Shown piece by piece: positions 40,578 through 54,885 of a stretch of DNA of 56,083 bases. How positions within the stretch are numbered: the first letter of the stretch is position 1; each line of letters opens with the position of its first letter. This DNA comes from Tubiluchus corallicola (taxonomy: Eukaryota; Animalia; Priapulida). The position numbers were made by a program, and so were the translations under genes. The stretch lies in contig JAQGDQ010001196.1 in NCBI GenBank assembly GCA_030141605.1, forward strand, positions 1-56,083, written 5' to 3'. Under the pieces are notes generated by a model. It was not told where the DNA came from. It made no database searches and was given only the letters and a program-made list of their open reading frames with translations.

Positions 40578-41644
40578 TATAGATACATGTTATAACTTCC
40601 ATAAAACAAACAGTTGATAACTATTACTTCTCTTAATTTAGATTTCGTCTCACAATGTTTAGCTATGCATATCTGATAACCATGATTCAAGTTAAATTTT
40701 ATCTTGCAAATGTTGTTTTTCATCATTAAAATATTCTCCTTTCTCTTTTGTGTTTTGAACCATATATAATTATGTTTAATGTTTGACTATATTTAGGAAC
40801 GACTGGTTTTTTGTTTTTGTTTTTTTGCTGTTGTTGTATTTTTTTTTGTATTTATGGACGTTTAAGTATTTTTTAATAGTAGTGTTCTGCTGTCATTAGC
40901 GTCTTTTTGTTTACTGTCTTTCTGAGAAGGGTGGTTGACTCGCTAACCTTTGGTTTTTCGCCACCCTTTCTCCCATGTTCGTTTGTATTTTTGTATATTT
41001 TATTGTCAAATTATTGGAGAAATTATGAAGAAAAATAAAAAAATTACTTACTTATTTACTGTATTTAGATTTTGGGAATTAGAGCGCGAGCTAAGTAAGA
41101 CGTACTTGAATTCTGTCTCGGCTGGATATTTACGAGTATAAATACGCTTAGTTTAGTCTATTTTAGTTGCACTTTGTAATAATATGAATTTATTTACAAT
41201 AAAAGTGCTGGGTATGCCAGCGTGTATATAGCATAATAAAGTCTGTTTAAAATATTTACTATAATAAGTTGGATGGACAGTAGTTAGTAGTAGTTTATTG
41301 ACACTAGTCCAGCAAAGACTTCACAACAGAATAATAATAATAAACAATAAATATTCACTCTACATACATCCATACGTTTATACTATACAATAGTATTCTA
41401 GCGAGATTGTCATGGGAATAAATTTTGTATATCTGTAATTACTTTTGCACATGTTTGCGGCTCTAAATTAAACAGATCGTCTGTGTCATACTGTATTTTG
41501 TTCACAATCCTTCCATTACTCTACATCTTGTTACTACGTGTTGTTCATCTTGTCATTCATTCTTCTATGGTGCGGTACCGGGGGTCTTACCCATCTTCCA
41601 ATACAATATAGAATGTTATTGGGCCCATCTGATTTTGACAAAGT

Positions 41645-41818
41645 AATTAACAAGACATTTCAATTAACAAGACATTTCAATTAACAAGACATTTCAATTA
41701 ACAAGACATTTCAATTAACAAGACATTTCAATTAACAAGACATTTCAATTAACAAGACATTTCAATTAACAAGACATTTCAATTAACAAGACATTTCAAT
41801 TAACAAGACATTTCAATT
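41645..41818. repeat. 17-bp minisatellite, about 10 copies
   Basis: aattaacaagacatttc repeated. Confidence 0.96.
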
Positions 41819-42912
41819 GACTATTTTACAGTTACTGCATAAAATCTTATACAAAAAACGACTTGCTTGTACAAAAGACCGCGAGCCCCTAATTAGTATT
41901 CGTACACACTAAAAAGAATGGTTAGTAGAATAATATTAAAAGGAAGTTAACAATTAACAAAATTTGGTTTAAACTATCTCACATAATGGGGAACTGGTTT
42001 TACGACATTTCCAACTCACATTTTAAGTCTCATAGTACTAAAATGAGATTAAAGATTTCAAGATCTCTTTAAACAAACTTACATAATGAGAATCTGCTGG
42101 AAGCTTGATGGTTTAGAACAGTAAGTAAGTTTATTAGTTTATCACCATTTTTAAAATAGCAAAATACATAACTAACAGATTTAGAAATCTGTACAACATA
42201 CAATAATATTACAAAGTGCAAAAGTGATTATTGATTAGTGGTGAAAGGGTGGCGAAAGAACTATAAGTTATCGAGGTCAGCCATCCTCTCAGGATTGTTA
42301 CTAATATAATTAATTAGTTAATGCGCATGTATCAGGTAATTAAAAATGATCAGATTTTGCATTTAAGAGGAATGAAAATTGAATTATTATATGAATGTGT
42401 TAGTTTATAATAAAATAGTGGGAAAGAAGAGACCATTACGTATTTGACCTACAGCCAAAGGAAGAAGAAGAAAAAATTAATTTTCCGCTTGTAGCTAGCA
42501 AAAGTGGATAAACATGTATGTTTAGTTATGAAAAAAAGAGTTGAAAGAAAAGTGTCTTAAAATTCTTTAGGATTAGCATTCATTATTGCATAATATGAAA
42601 GTCTAAAGATATACAAAAGGTGTACCTTACCTCTATAACATACATTTAAGCTGCAATGCTTACTGAAGAATTTGTACAGCGTGACGCAAATTATCTGTAT
42701 ATATAAATGAGGCATTGTAATAACCGGATTCACAGTGAATTGCTCATTAGTATTTAATTTATATAGTGTTTAGTAGTGGCGGTAGAACAGAGGTAAAATC
42801 AGTTGTTATTAATGCAACATTTTGAAAATTGAGATTTCCATACGTCAATGAACCGTTGTATTATTTATACAATTGTAAAGAACGAAGCATTTGTGCTGAA
42901 ATACATCTATGC

Positions 42913-43297
42913 TAGGAGTGAGCATTCTCTAACAGAAAGCGAATTCGAACATAATCGCATTTGAACCTTTCGAGGTCGAATCGAACCACATTTCAGTATT
43001 TTCGAAATCGAGTCGAATTCGGCGCTAAAGATTTTCGAATCACTAATAAAGAGCATCGCGCGGAAATCGTGGATATTACTCGATTTTGTTCTGCAGTAAA
43101 AGCATTAATAATTTGTTAGAATTTTTGCATAGAAATCACAGCTAAATTGAGCTTCATTACGTGGTATTTCAAAAATTTTAACGATAATGGACGTATGTAG
43201 CCGAAGTGCTGAATTATTTGAATTTATAATTTTCGGTAAAAATCTAATGCTAACGAAGAAAAACTTGTTTATTTCGAACGTTCAATGCCCTCCCCTG
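42913..43297. mobile_element. Possible decayed hAT MITE with TTCGA subterminal motifs
   Basis: Ends taggagtgagcatt / aatgccctcccctg; clustered TCGAA; no target duplication seen. Confidence 0.4.
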
Positions 43298-43869
43298 ATA
43301 ACTACTGCTCGAAGCATTCGTTTCATTTACCCATTGGGGTGATGTTACCATGAGACATCATTAGTTACCATGTTACCATTGGTGCTCTTTATTACAAATG
43401 AAACAACTAGATTTTGTTTCCTCTCTACTTGCATCAAGATTTGCATTTCTAATTACAATGTATTTCCAAGAGATGATTACGATGACATTTAAATTGAACT
43501 TAATTAGAGCAAAGGTTCTGTCTCTCTTGATTGATAATTACAGATGTAGAAACTGCACATTAATATGGTGCCATGGATCGTACGTGTATGTGTATATGTT
43601 TTTTGTACAAGCAAAATATTGAGCATTAATATGGACCCCTTTTTAATCAGTTTAACAGTCTGTTTTAAGGTACAGATTTTGTAAAGGTTGATCGACCTAG
43701 AATATGCGAATTAATGCAGGCCTACAGTCACCAGTGCAGTGTGTTGGAAACTGTACATAAAGTTGTTAATTTATAGTGCTTTTATATTTTGGAAATACAA
43801 TGGTATGTTGTATATAGAATTAAAATATATTATATCAAATTACATAAGTAATAATATACTAATATACAT

Positions 43870-43908
43870 AATAATAATAATAATAATGTATATATATATA
43901 TATACACA

Positions 43909-43964
<56 letters not shown>

Positions 43965-43993
43965 ATGCATATATACATAACATATATATGCTG

Positions 43994-44049
<56 letters not shown>

Positions 44050-44210
44050 GTATTATATATATATATATGTATATATATAACTTTATATATATGTATAATA
44101 ACAATACATAAATAATTTTATATATTATGTGTATTATTTAAATTTATTTATATTGCACATATATAAAATTAAAAAGATATATAATGATATATATATATAT
44201 ATATATAAAT
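43870..44210. repeat. (CA)n/(TA)n compound microsatellite
   Basis: Direct reading. Confidence 0.95.
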
Positions 44211-44665
44211 TATAAGCCAGTTATGCTAAATTATAAAATATGTGCTATGAAAAATTATGTTAATTTTTCTCTTGCTTTCTCTTTAACGAGTTTGCTTTAG
44301 TAATCTACAAAAAGCTGCTTTTTTCGTTTCCCGGCTGCTGAGAATTAACCCACTTTTACCTATTTGCAATATTTGCCGCTCTGGGAGTTTTCAATGGATG
44401 AACTATATAGGTCATTTGCTTAATACTCGGCCTAATTATCGTTTGAAACTTTGTGTGTGTCTAGTATCATATATCTATGCTGTTCTCCTCCCCCCCCCTC
44501 AATTCATTTGAAAGCAAAAATCTGGCACGAGGTGCAGACTGTAACACAATTAGCTGAACTTGTGCAAACAATAAAGGATTTGCAGACTTTCTATTGACAC
44601 AAACTGCAGTTATGTTTTAGTTTTGTTTAAGTTTTCATTCACAAAGTTCAGCTGTCTGTATGACA

Positions 44666-45305
44666 TTAAATACAATGCATCAAATACAGTATATGAAATA
44701 CAATACATGAAGTACAATGACATGAAATAGAATGTATGAAATACAGTGCATGATGTACAGTGACATGAAATACAATGCACGAAGTAAAACCTATGAAATA
44801 CAATGCATGAAGTACAATGACATCAAATACAATGTATGAAATACAATGCATGAAGTAAAATGACATCAAATACAATATATGAAATACAATGCATGAAGTA
44901 CAAGGACATAAAATACAATGTATGAAATACAATGCATGAAGTACAAGGACATAAAATACAATGTATGAAATACAGTGTATGATGTACAATATCATCAAAT
45001 ACAATGTATGAAATACAGTGTATGATGCACAATGACATCAAATACAATGTATGAAATACAATGCATGAAGTACAGTGACATCAAATACAATGTATGAAAT
45101 ACAATGCATGAAGTACAAGGACATGAAATACAATGTATGAAATACAATGCATGAAGTACAAGGACATGAAATACAATGTATGAAATACAGTGCATGATGT
45201 ACAATGGCATCAAATACAATATATGAAATACAGTGCATGAAATACAATGATGTGAAATATAACTTATGAAATACAATGCATGATGTACAATGACAAGAAA
45301 TACAT
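44666..45305. repeat. 43-bp minisatellite built from three 14-15-bp subunits
   Basis: atgaaatacaatgc-atgaagtacaaggac-atgaaatacaatgt repeated with variants. Confidence 0.92.
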
Positions 45306-45893
45306 TGTATAACTTTGTACTTTTTTATGCTTTGTAAATATTCCAGGTTACTTTGTTCATTGTAAACTACGACTCCTGATGGTTTACAACAAAAAAAGAA
45401 TGTAACAAAAATTTGCATACTACCACTGCACAGAGATTTTCAGACGCCATTGTTGCTGTCACTCCTTGAAAATCATCACAAATCTTGTGGACTTGTGAAC
45501 TTTTCCTAAGCGAATCTCGGCTTACCATAAGCACGTTGCTTAAGCTAATTCAAACTTCTACAGCTCACCTTTGTTTGTGCAAAAATATCGCAAAATTAGC
45601 TATCCGATTTGTGTAAAAACATTATACCTGATGGAAATTGACAGCGGCTTTTCTTCAGTGAGTTCAAACATGGCAGTGCCCAAGTGTGAAGTGATTGTAA
45701 CTTTAAAGTGATTTTACTATTTACACGAGGTCCTTATCTCACTGTTATTACTAAATTTTTCTAACATTTTCCCCAAACATCGAAATAAGCCCAGCTTCCT
45801 GGTAGGATTGGATTTTCCTTTAAAAATCTGAATTCGTGGGTTAATCATGTATAGATGAAGACATCTTAAGCAGAACTAATACATGTATTTCAG

Positions 45894-46142
45894 GACAAAG
45901 TTGAGATAAAGAAAAAGCCTGTATCTGCATTGAACCACAACAACAATATTGTCAAGTTCACCACTTCCGCTCAGAACGGACATATCGGGAAGCATAAGGA
46001 AAACGGGAGGCTGCGGAACATTGCGAAAGGGAAAAACGGAATCAAAAATGGTGGTGTGGCAAAAACGAAATCGTCATCCGAGAGCTCCGGCGAAGAGTCT
46101 GAGCAGGATGCTTCTGATTTTCCTCATCATGCGCCAATTAAG
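45894..46142 (+). CDS. SLC39A13: ZIP13-like coding exon 4 (TM3-TM4 loop)
   Basis: ttcag|GAC..AAG|gtata; 249 nt, phase 0/0; ends HAPIK and joins ITGYLNL, as in ZIP13 IKVSGYLNL. Confidence 0.88.
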
Positions 46143-46659
46143 GTATAAATTAATTAGTTGTTACCTGGCAGAAGCCCAGGTGATTTAAAAAACTGTTTGT
46201 AGCAATTACCTTGATGACGTCACTAATAATAGTTATAATTGCGTTTTAGATTTGCACTGAAATCTCTGCGCACATCTCTACTGTACAGGAGTCAAAAATT
46301 GTATCATCAATGTCGCAGTGTCAAGTAAAACAATGTCTGACTGGTATCTAATCTTGTTTGAAATAAATTTTTCGGCCATTTTGCAAGTACAATAAGCTGA
46401 ATGAAATGTGTCTTATGGCAACTTGTTACCAGACTATGACTATGCGTTTAATTCTTTTTATTCAGTCACAGTCCCTTATGTAATCCATTCATATTATTTT
46501 GCATAAACCAGTAAATGTTCTTTTATTGTATGCACCACGTAGGCATTTTTCGTTTTGAAACGGTTTTGTAATGTCACAATTTGCATAAACAAATCCGGGT
46601 AGGTATAAGTACCAATAATACCTGCTGTGTTAGCAATCATTTTTTTATTTGCAAACAAA

Positions 46660-47452
46660 ATGGGAGTGCCCACGTGCAAAATGATTGCAACTTAAACATG
46701 ATTTTACTATTTACACGAGGTCCTTATCACACGTTTATTACTAAATTTTTCTAACATTTTTCGCAAACTTTTAAGTAAGCCTAATTTCCCGGTAGGCATT
46801 TCCTTTAAACATCTGAATTCCTGGATTAATCATGTATAGATGACGACATCTTAAGTCAGGGGTGTGCAAATTATCTGACTAGCCGTGCCATATTAAACTG
46901 TGGGCAGCAGGCAGTTTGATCAAGGAGCCAACTACAGAAAGGCCTAATAACGATTTTTTTTGTATCCGACCTGCGTACCACTACTACTACACTCAAGAAA
47001 CTATTTTAGAAGTTATTAAAATTTCTTTTATAAACCATATATTTCTACTTTCAGGACAGATAGTGGTAATTTCATTACAATGCATATTAGTAATGTGTAT
47101 CACACAGTCTGTGTAGTACAGTGTTATTAAGCTACAACCGTCTTGTAAGGGTTAATGGCATCCGATCTAGTAGAAAAAAACTACCCGCACTATCTTTGGG
47201 ATCGTGGCATGGACTTCAGCTGGATACACTCAATTAATCGCCCGGGCCGCACTTTCATTAGGTTGACAAATCTCTTCGCGGGCCGCACAAATTCTCTCGG
47301 CAGGCCGCAACTGGCCCGCGGGCCGCAATTTGCACACCCCTGTCTTAAGCAGAACTGATACATGCATTTCAGGAGCAGTTGAGATAAAGAAAAAGCCTGT
47401 ATCTGCATTGAACCACAACAACAACACTGTCAAGTTCACCACTTCTGCTCAG
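46660..47452 (+). pseudogene. Diverged duplicate of the intron end and first ~80 nt of ZIP13 exon 4
   Basis: 46660-46856 plus 47343-47452 align with ~45670-45974; a 1-nt deletion gives GAG CAG TTG AGA TAA. Confidence 0.88.
46857..47342. mobile_element. hAT (Charlie-like) MITE
   Basis: Perfect 16-bp TIR caggggtgtgcaaatt; 8-bp flanks tcttaagt / tcttaagc. Confidence 0.94.
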
Positions 47453-47528
47453 CCCTATATTTTAGTACTACATCATATTAATAAATTATCATAATGGATT
47501 AATGTCATAGCTTCCTTAATCAAATTTG

Positions 47529-47916
<388 letters not shown>

Positions 47917-48807
47917 GGTATAAATATGAGCAATAAACTGCACCTGTTGTGTTAGCATTAGTTAATTTTATATCAAACAATATAGCTCCCAGTCCGTATT
48001 TTAATACTTGATCGTATTAATATTTTTTGGAATTTTATTAGAAAACATGCGAGGAAACATTGTTAGCGTTCAAACACAGTATTTGCTGTGTGAATTTTAT
48101 TTTGATTTCCTAAAGTATCGAAACTGAAACAAGAATTACTGGCGCTGTAATTTACAGTATTTGTAGCTTAAAGGAGAACAGGACCTGATCCTTAACTGTA
48201 AGTCAAAATCATCTGCTCTTTAAAATATTGAAAAGGAACATACTATGTTTTAAATAATGACTTATTACAAATGAAAGAATTATTACAACAGTGAAAGAAT
48301 TATTACAACAGAAAAGTAATTTTGTGTTCCCTTTTCGCCGTTACATGCTTTTCACCATTCATTACTTAGATGGGCACTAGTGCTTGCATTGCGGTGCTTT
48401 GAAAAACAGTTGCTGTACCTCTCAGTTCAGAGCTGTTCGTCTGTGACGTAATACACGCGTTCGAGGGCTCGTGTGAACACAGGGGTAAATTTAAAATTTC
48501 AATTTTTATGTAAAAATCGGCCCAGTTTTTGTATGAAACACTGAACGTTGTTCACTGGCACCGTACTTTAATTTTCGTTTTCTCAAACACGTGCAATACG
48601 TTCATGGAACGTTTTTGCTGTTGGAAATTGTGTTCGTTTGTGTCGTCATCACTAGCTAGGCTCGGCCGCCGTTAATTAAATTTTTAACCTATTATTTAAT
48701 TATCAGAAATGCTTTGGCTTTATTATATATATATTAAAATGTATATATTTTATCGTACTTAAAATGGGATAGGATATTAAAAATTGTCGTGTTCCACCGA
48801 AAGGTGG

Positions 48808-49112
48808 AGTAGAAGGAGATTCACATTCCCAAGGCGAGTAATTAATGAGTGGAACACGCTGCCTGACGTTGTAGTTCAAGCCTCCAATCCTGCCCAGTTT
48901 AAGTCTCGTCTCGATAGATATTGAAAAAACAATGCTGAAAAATATATAGACCCCAGGTTGCCACAATGGCAACGAGAAACCCTGTGCTGCGCTTCATGAT
49001 CGCAGTGTCGCCACCTATTATGTTTATTTTTTATATTGATAAAGTAAACAAGGAAGAGTGGAGAGGTTTATAAGCTATGTGTGCTTAACCTCTATCCTTC
49101 GACGGTAACGGT
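48808..49112 (+). mobile_element. CR1/L2-group LINE 3' end
   Basis: 48808-48924 reads SRRRFTFPRRVINEWNTLPDVVVQASNPAQFKSRLDRY* (WNxLP..FK..LD ORF2 terminus); hairpin ~49063-49100; (GGTAAC) tail. Confidence 0.82.
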
Positions 49113-49529
49113 AACGTGTTTTACTTTAAGCCTCGTACAAAGATTCAGCAGCACATTCAGGTTGTTCTGCTGCACCGTTCAGCTCACGACTTCCCATGTG
49201 TGCAAGTTTTCATGTAACAATATACAGCTGCTTCCTGATTGATAACTGAGCTCTCTAAGCTGCTGCTGTATGGCCGGAGTTTGATGCTCCACATTGGAAT
49301 GTGGCTGCATTCATGTTTTGAGGACAAGGTCTTCCGTAGAGATCGGCTGCCATCTTTTAATTTGTTCTTGGAGACGTCTAAGTAGAAGGATAACATCTTG
49401 TTTTGGAAATGTGCGACCTGGTGGAAGAGTCTTTCTTCCAAATGAGCATCAATAGACTGATGGTTGATTAACTGATTATACTGATACTATAAAAACGAAC
49501 AGAAAAATGTTCTTAAAAGTCATTAGTTC

Positions 49530-49563
49530 GATAGATAGGTAGGTAGGTAGGTAGGTAGGTAGG

Positions 49564-49598
<35 letters not shown>

Positions 49599-49703
49599 GT
49601 AGGTAGGTAGGTAGGTAGGTAGGTAGATAGATAGATAGATAGGTAGGTAGGTAGGTAGGTAGGTAGGTAGGTAGGTAGGTAGATAGATAGATAGACAGAC
49701 AGA
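49530..49703. repeat. (GATA)/(GGTA) microsatellite, tail of a - strand LINE-like 3' end
   Basis: Direct reading; conserved hairpin at 49779-49823. Confidence 0.93.
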
Positions 49704-50761
49704 CTTAGATAATTTTATTTATCTCTTGTAATACACGCAAAAACAATTACATAGCAAAATAAATTTTTAGTATTAGAGAAAGGGTGGCGAAAAACCCTAG
49801 AGGTTAGCAAATCAGCCACCCTTTTACTTAACGTTATAATAAGAATATCTAGTGATGAAATAATCATACAATGAGAAAGTCAAACTGAAATAACACTGTA
49901 AAATGGCACTATGAACAAATAAAGCAGATTGGTTTGTGCGTGATATTATAATAACTGGCAAAAACAAAAGCAAAAAGGAAACAAAATCACAAACAAAGCA
50001 ATAACTTGCAAATTTGAAACATAAACTGCTGTGTTTAAGCATAACTTGCAAATTAGAAGCATAAACTGCTGTGTTGAAGCATAAAGCAGAAGCATAAAGT
50101 AACTGCAACGTAAACAATTATGCTGTAGAGAAAAAAACAAAAGGTTAAGGCAGCAAAAAATGAGAACATAATAATAAGAACAGCTACTAATATAGTTTAC
50201 TTACCAAAAATTGTGCACGCAGGCGTAGCAACATTACTTTCCAGATAACCTTTAAAGTAGGTTTTTCTCTAGATAAATAATAACTTTTTTGAAGTGATTA
50301 GGCTGTCTGAAAAGTCTTGTTGAATTCGAATGCTTCACTTTCATCTTTTAAATCTCAGTTACAAACAATTTTCTTTTCACGTGATATAGATAACTTTACA
50401 GTCTCTATTTACAATCTGCAAATTTTATGTTTCTCTGTAAATTTTAGTCGTCTGCGGCAACTTATTAGACTTATTATTTTGATTTTAATTTGTGTAGCAT
50501 AACATTCTTGTTCTGTGATTTTTATCGTCTTTTTGTTAACTGTGTAAAGTCGACGAGCCATTACTGCATTCAGACTATTAAATTATATTATTATTCTGCT
50601 GAGTTTTTATTCAGTAGCATTTTAAACGAGAGAGCTCTCCTGAGACTTGTCATCATTAACAGAGAAAAACGTAGTGCCCTTTTGTTATACAAGAATAATG
50701 TTTCAAATAAAATCAGTATATGAATATACTGGTGTACAGTATGTAATATAATAACATTTAA

Positions 50762-51216
50762 CCCTTTCATACCCGTTGTATCCCGTGGGATTACGAGAAT
50801 TTTCTGCCTTTGAAATTAATAAAATTTTAAAACTGACAGTTATTTGATCTGTTAATAGTTATTTTGATTTAAGCCAATAGCAGTAGACTAAAATGGTGAT
50901 AAAATGGCAAACTAGAAAATTTACATAACACAAAAACTGCGCAAGGTACAGTACTTTAGAGATGACTTTGTACAGATCAGCATAGCATGCATACTAAATG
51001 TCTTAAATACTTTGAAAAATTATCAGCAGTTGCAAAATGAAGCACATTTTACGCTTCCATTGAATTCCAATGTATCCCGTGGGATACAGGCTATATTTAG
51101 CACACGGGCACAGGTAGAAAAAAATAATTATTATGTGTAAACAAGATGGACATACTGAACAAAAGCACCAAGTCAAAAATTTTTTTCTTATTAAAAATAA
51201 TTTGAGACGGAAAGGG
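50762..51216. mobile_element. piggyBac-like MITE
   Basis: TTAA|ccctttc...gaaaggg|TTAA; sister of 37814-38253. Confidence 0.9.
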
Positions 51217-52653
51217 TTAAATCTTAAACGTCTAAGTTACATAGCAAAAATGTCACGGTGCTAATCTGCTTAGAATTTTGTTATCAACTTAGTAGAAGGG
51301 TGGTAGACTTGATGATGACCTTACGGTCTTTTTGCCACAAAAAAATTCGTTTTCTGTCTTGCCTTATAAGCTCAAAAGATGTCAGTAGGGAGGGAGGAAA
51401 TAATTTTTTTTTGCAAAAATTTTTTTAAAGCTTTGTGAATGTTTAAAGCTGAATCGTGGAATATTTTAAATCAGTAGGGAATTAGGAAATAATTTTTTTT
51501 TCAAATTTTTTTTAAAGCTTTGTGAATGTTTGAAGTTGAATCGTGGAACATTTTAAATCAGTTGAAGTGTGAAAGTTTGTTTAATTCCCTCTGGTTAGCA
51601 GCAATGTTTTATATTTTTTCGATGTTCATTTTTTCACGCTTTGTGTTTTGGTTTCGCATCACTAAATTATTGTATGATTATCGCCACCCTGTCTCTCTTA
51701 ACTGTCACATCATTTGTTAATGCTATATTTACTATGTTATTGAGACAAATAAATTATACTGTGTTCCTTTATGCAGTATCAATGATTATAGTATTTATTC
51801 ATTATTCATTGTTTTTACTTCCATATTATGCTTTTCTCACTACATATATATTCACTTTATTATGATTATTTTACTCACTGTTTCACGGTTATCATTAAGT
51901 TTTATTTTATTTTTTGAGCCATACTGTCTATTTAGTCACATACTCATATTTCACTACATTTTTGTTTGCTCCATTTTTCTGCATTAGTTCTTGCATTCCA
52001 TAGCACTTTATCATTACCTTATCTTAACATAATTTGATTAACACGGTTGCATATTTTTGTTTCATTATATTTTGTTTGAGTTTATCATGCATATTTTGTT
52101 TCATTCACTGATTTATTATTTATGTTTTATTTTTTTAGTTTGACTTTTTTCTAGTTTGTTTTATGTTTTAATCATCGGTTAGTTGAATGCTTTACATATT
52201 TTGTTAATCATCATTTTATATTTTTCATTTTATTTCTTTGTTGCATAGCTTATTTAGTTATTTCGCTTTCATGTTTAATGCATCCCCCCCCCCCATAAAT
52301 TCATGTTAACATCAGCACTACAAATTTTTTACAATTTACACTAACCTGAGAAGGGTAGCTGACTCGATGACCAATTGATCTTTTGCTACCCTTTGTCCTG
52401 CAACCCCCCCCCCCCCCCAACTCTTTCCTTTATGCTTAATTTATCCTTTTTAATCAATAACTATAAAAATAATAGTCAATTTGTATACTATGGTGTAAAT
52501 GAGGAGATAAATAAAAATGTCTGTGTCATTAGTGGTAGACAAAACCTCTACCAGTTAAATTGCAATCGTTGTACAGGAAAGTGACAGTACAGTAGGCGCC
52601 GCTTAATAGAGTCACTTTGGCAAGGAAGTGTTTTGGTCCAATTAACCGACTGA

Positions 52654-53211
52654 CTTTTGAGTCAATTGTGAGGAGTTATTTGAGTCAATTACTGGCAGTT
52701 TTTGAGTCAATTACTGGCAGTTTTTGAGTCAATTGTGAGGAGTTATTTGAGTCAATTACTGGAAGTTTTTGAGTCAATTATGAGGAGTTATTTGAGTCAA
52801 TAACTGGAAGTTTTTGAGTCAATTATGAGGAGTTATTTGAGTCAATTACTGGAAGTTTTTGAGTCAATTATGAGGAGTTATTTGAGTCAATTACTGGAAG
52901 TTTTTGAGTCAATTATGAGGAGTTATTTGAGTCAATTACTGGAAGTTTTTGAGTCAATTATGAGGAGTTATTTGAGTCAATTACTGGAAGTTTTTGAGTC
53001 AATCATGAGGAGTTATTTGAGTCAATTACTGGCAGTTTTTGAGTCAATTGTGAGGAGTTATTTGAGTCAATTACTGGAATTTTTTGAGTCAATTATGAGG
53101 AGTTATTTGAGTCAATTACTGGAAGTTTTTGAGTCAATTATGAGGAGTTATTTGAGTCAATTACTGGAAGTTTTTGAGTCAATTATGAGGAGTTATTTGA
53201 GTCAATTATGA
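52654..53211. repeat. 45-bp minisatellite, about 12 copies, two TGAGTCA per unit
   Basis: tttttgagtcaattatgaggagttatttgagtcaattactggaag repeated. Confidence 0.97.
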
Positions 53212-53562
53212 GCTGAGAGTCTCATAGGTAACCAATCTCAGGTTATCATCACTTTCTATTCAGCTAATGAGTCCCCCTGGGGTGAAAGCTACTGAATAAA
53301 TGTGTTAATCTTTGAGACTGTAAAGGGCATTACGTTTTTCAGTAGGTTTTTCTGCTTTGTTACTAAAATTCTTGAAAAATTCAAGCTGTTGATGCTGTTT
53401 ACGGACTTGACTTTGTTTTTGACTTTTAACAGTAAGTGATGTCAAAAAAGATTTTTTAACATGGACAACAAATGGTCAAAAATTATTAATTATAATATTA
53501 ATTATTAAATTATTTTTAACTTTATTTTTATTTGTTTTTGTACAAGTTACAATGCTCTAATG

Positions 53563-53879
53563 CAGTGGTTCCCAAACTTTCTCGGACCGCTATCCAAATA
53601 GGGAAACCCAGTCGTGTCCATTACCCCCCACCTAGTACTACTTCTCCAACTCAAAAAGTAAGCACACGTATATGCCACAAGCAAGCAAAATTATTTATGT
53701 TTGCTCGTGACATAAATAAATTTCCAGGTGTTGTTGTTGTATTGTTGCCTTCCGTTGTTGTAAAATGCATTCTGAGCGAAGTTTTAAAAATTTTCAGAGG
53801 GGTGCCCATTACCCCCCCCCCCCCAAAAAAAACATATTACCCCCGGGGGGGTTATTTACCCCTACTTTGGGAACCACTG
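53563..53879. mobile_element. hAT (Charlie-like) MITE
   Basis: TIRs cagtggttcccaaa / tttgggaaccactg; perfect 8-bp duplication ctctaatg. Confidence 0.95.
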
Positions 53880-54119
53880 CTCTAATGTATCTTACATACA
53901 GAAAAATAACCGGAAAAAGTCCGAAAAGCATAAACTATCACCAAAGAAATTATCTTGGCACTAATTATAATTGTAACTATTGACCTCACTATTAATTAGC
54001 TCATTTAGTAACGAGTGGAACTATTGTGTAAGGCTAATAGTGAAATTATTTGCAATTATTCGAACATGAAATTTAATTATCTTCATGTTGTTTCAGTTCA
54101 TGTTTATTTTCTCTTTCAG

Positions 54120-54209
54120 ATAACTGGATACCTAAATCTGTTAGCTAACTGTATAGATAATTTCACCCACGGATTGGCTGTAGCCGCAAGCTTTCTTGTC
54201 AGTTTCAGG
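54120..54209 (+). CDS. SLC39A13: ZIP13-like coding exon 5 (TM4)
   Basis: ITGYLNLLANCIDNFTHGLAVAASFLVSFR; DNFTHG is the ZIP13-type variant of HNFxDG. Confidence 0.97.
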
Positions 54210-54378
54210 GTAAGGTTTCCGCCATTGGTTATCGTTCTGCGTTAAAAAATCGTTAAACATTATTTTTTGTACAAGCTACAACACTGAGCTGTATTACACA
54301 GAAGATAGAAAATATGTGAACTGCACGAAATATGAGTAATAACATCAGGTAGCAAGCATATGGTAGAGCAAATGACTG

Positions 54379-54416
<38 letters not shown>

Positions 54417-54618
54417 CACCTATGTTTATATCTATATATATATATATATATATAGATATAGCAGTCATTTGCTAGTACTTATCTACCATATCTACCATAT
54501 CTTTTCATAATATATATATATATCTTTCTCTTTCCTATATACATACATATATATATATATCAGCAGTCATTTGCTAGTACTTATCTGTATATATAAACTT
54601 CTTGTGGTGTGTTAGCTG

Positions 54619-54885
<267 letters not shown>

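Noticed and set aside
52825-53211. 128-aa repeat protein (MRSYLSQLLEVFESI)n
   Set aside because: Translation of a 45-bp minisatellite; no splice or domain support.
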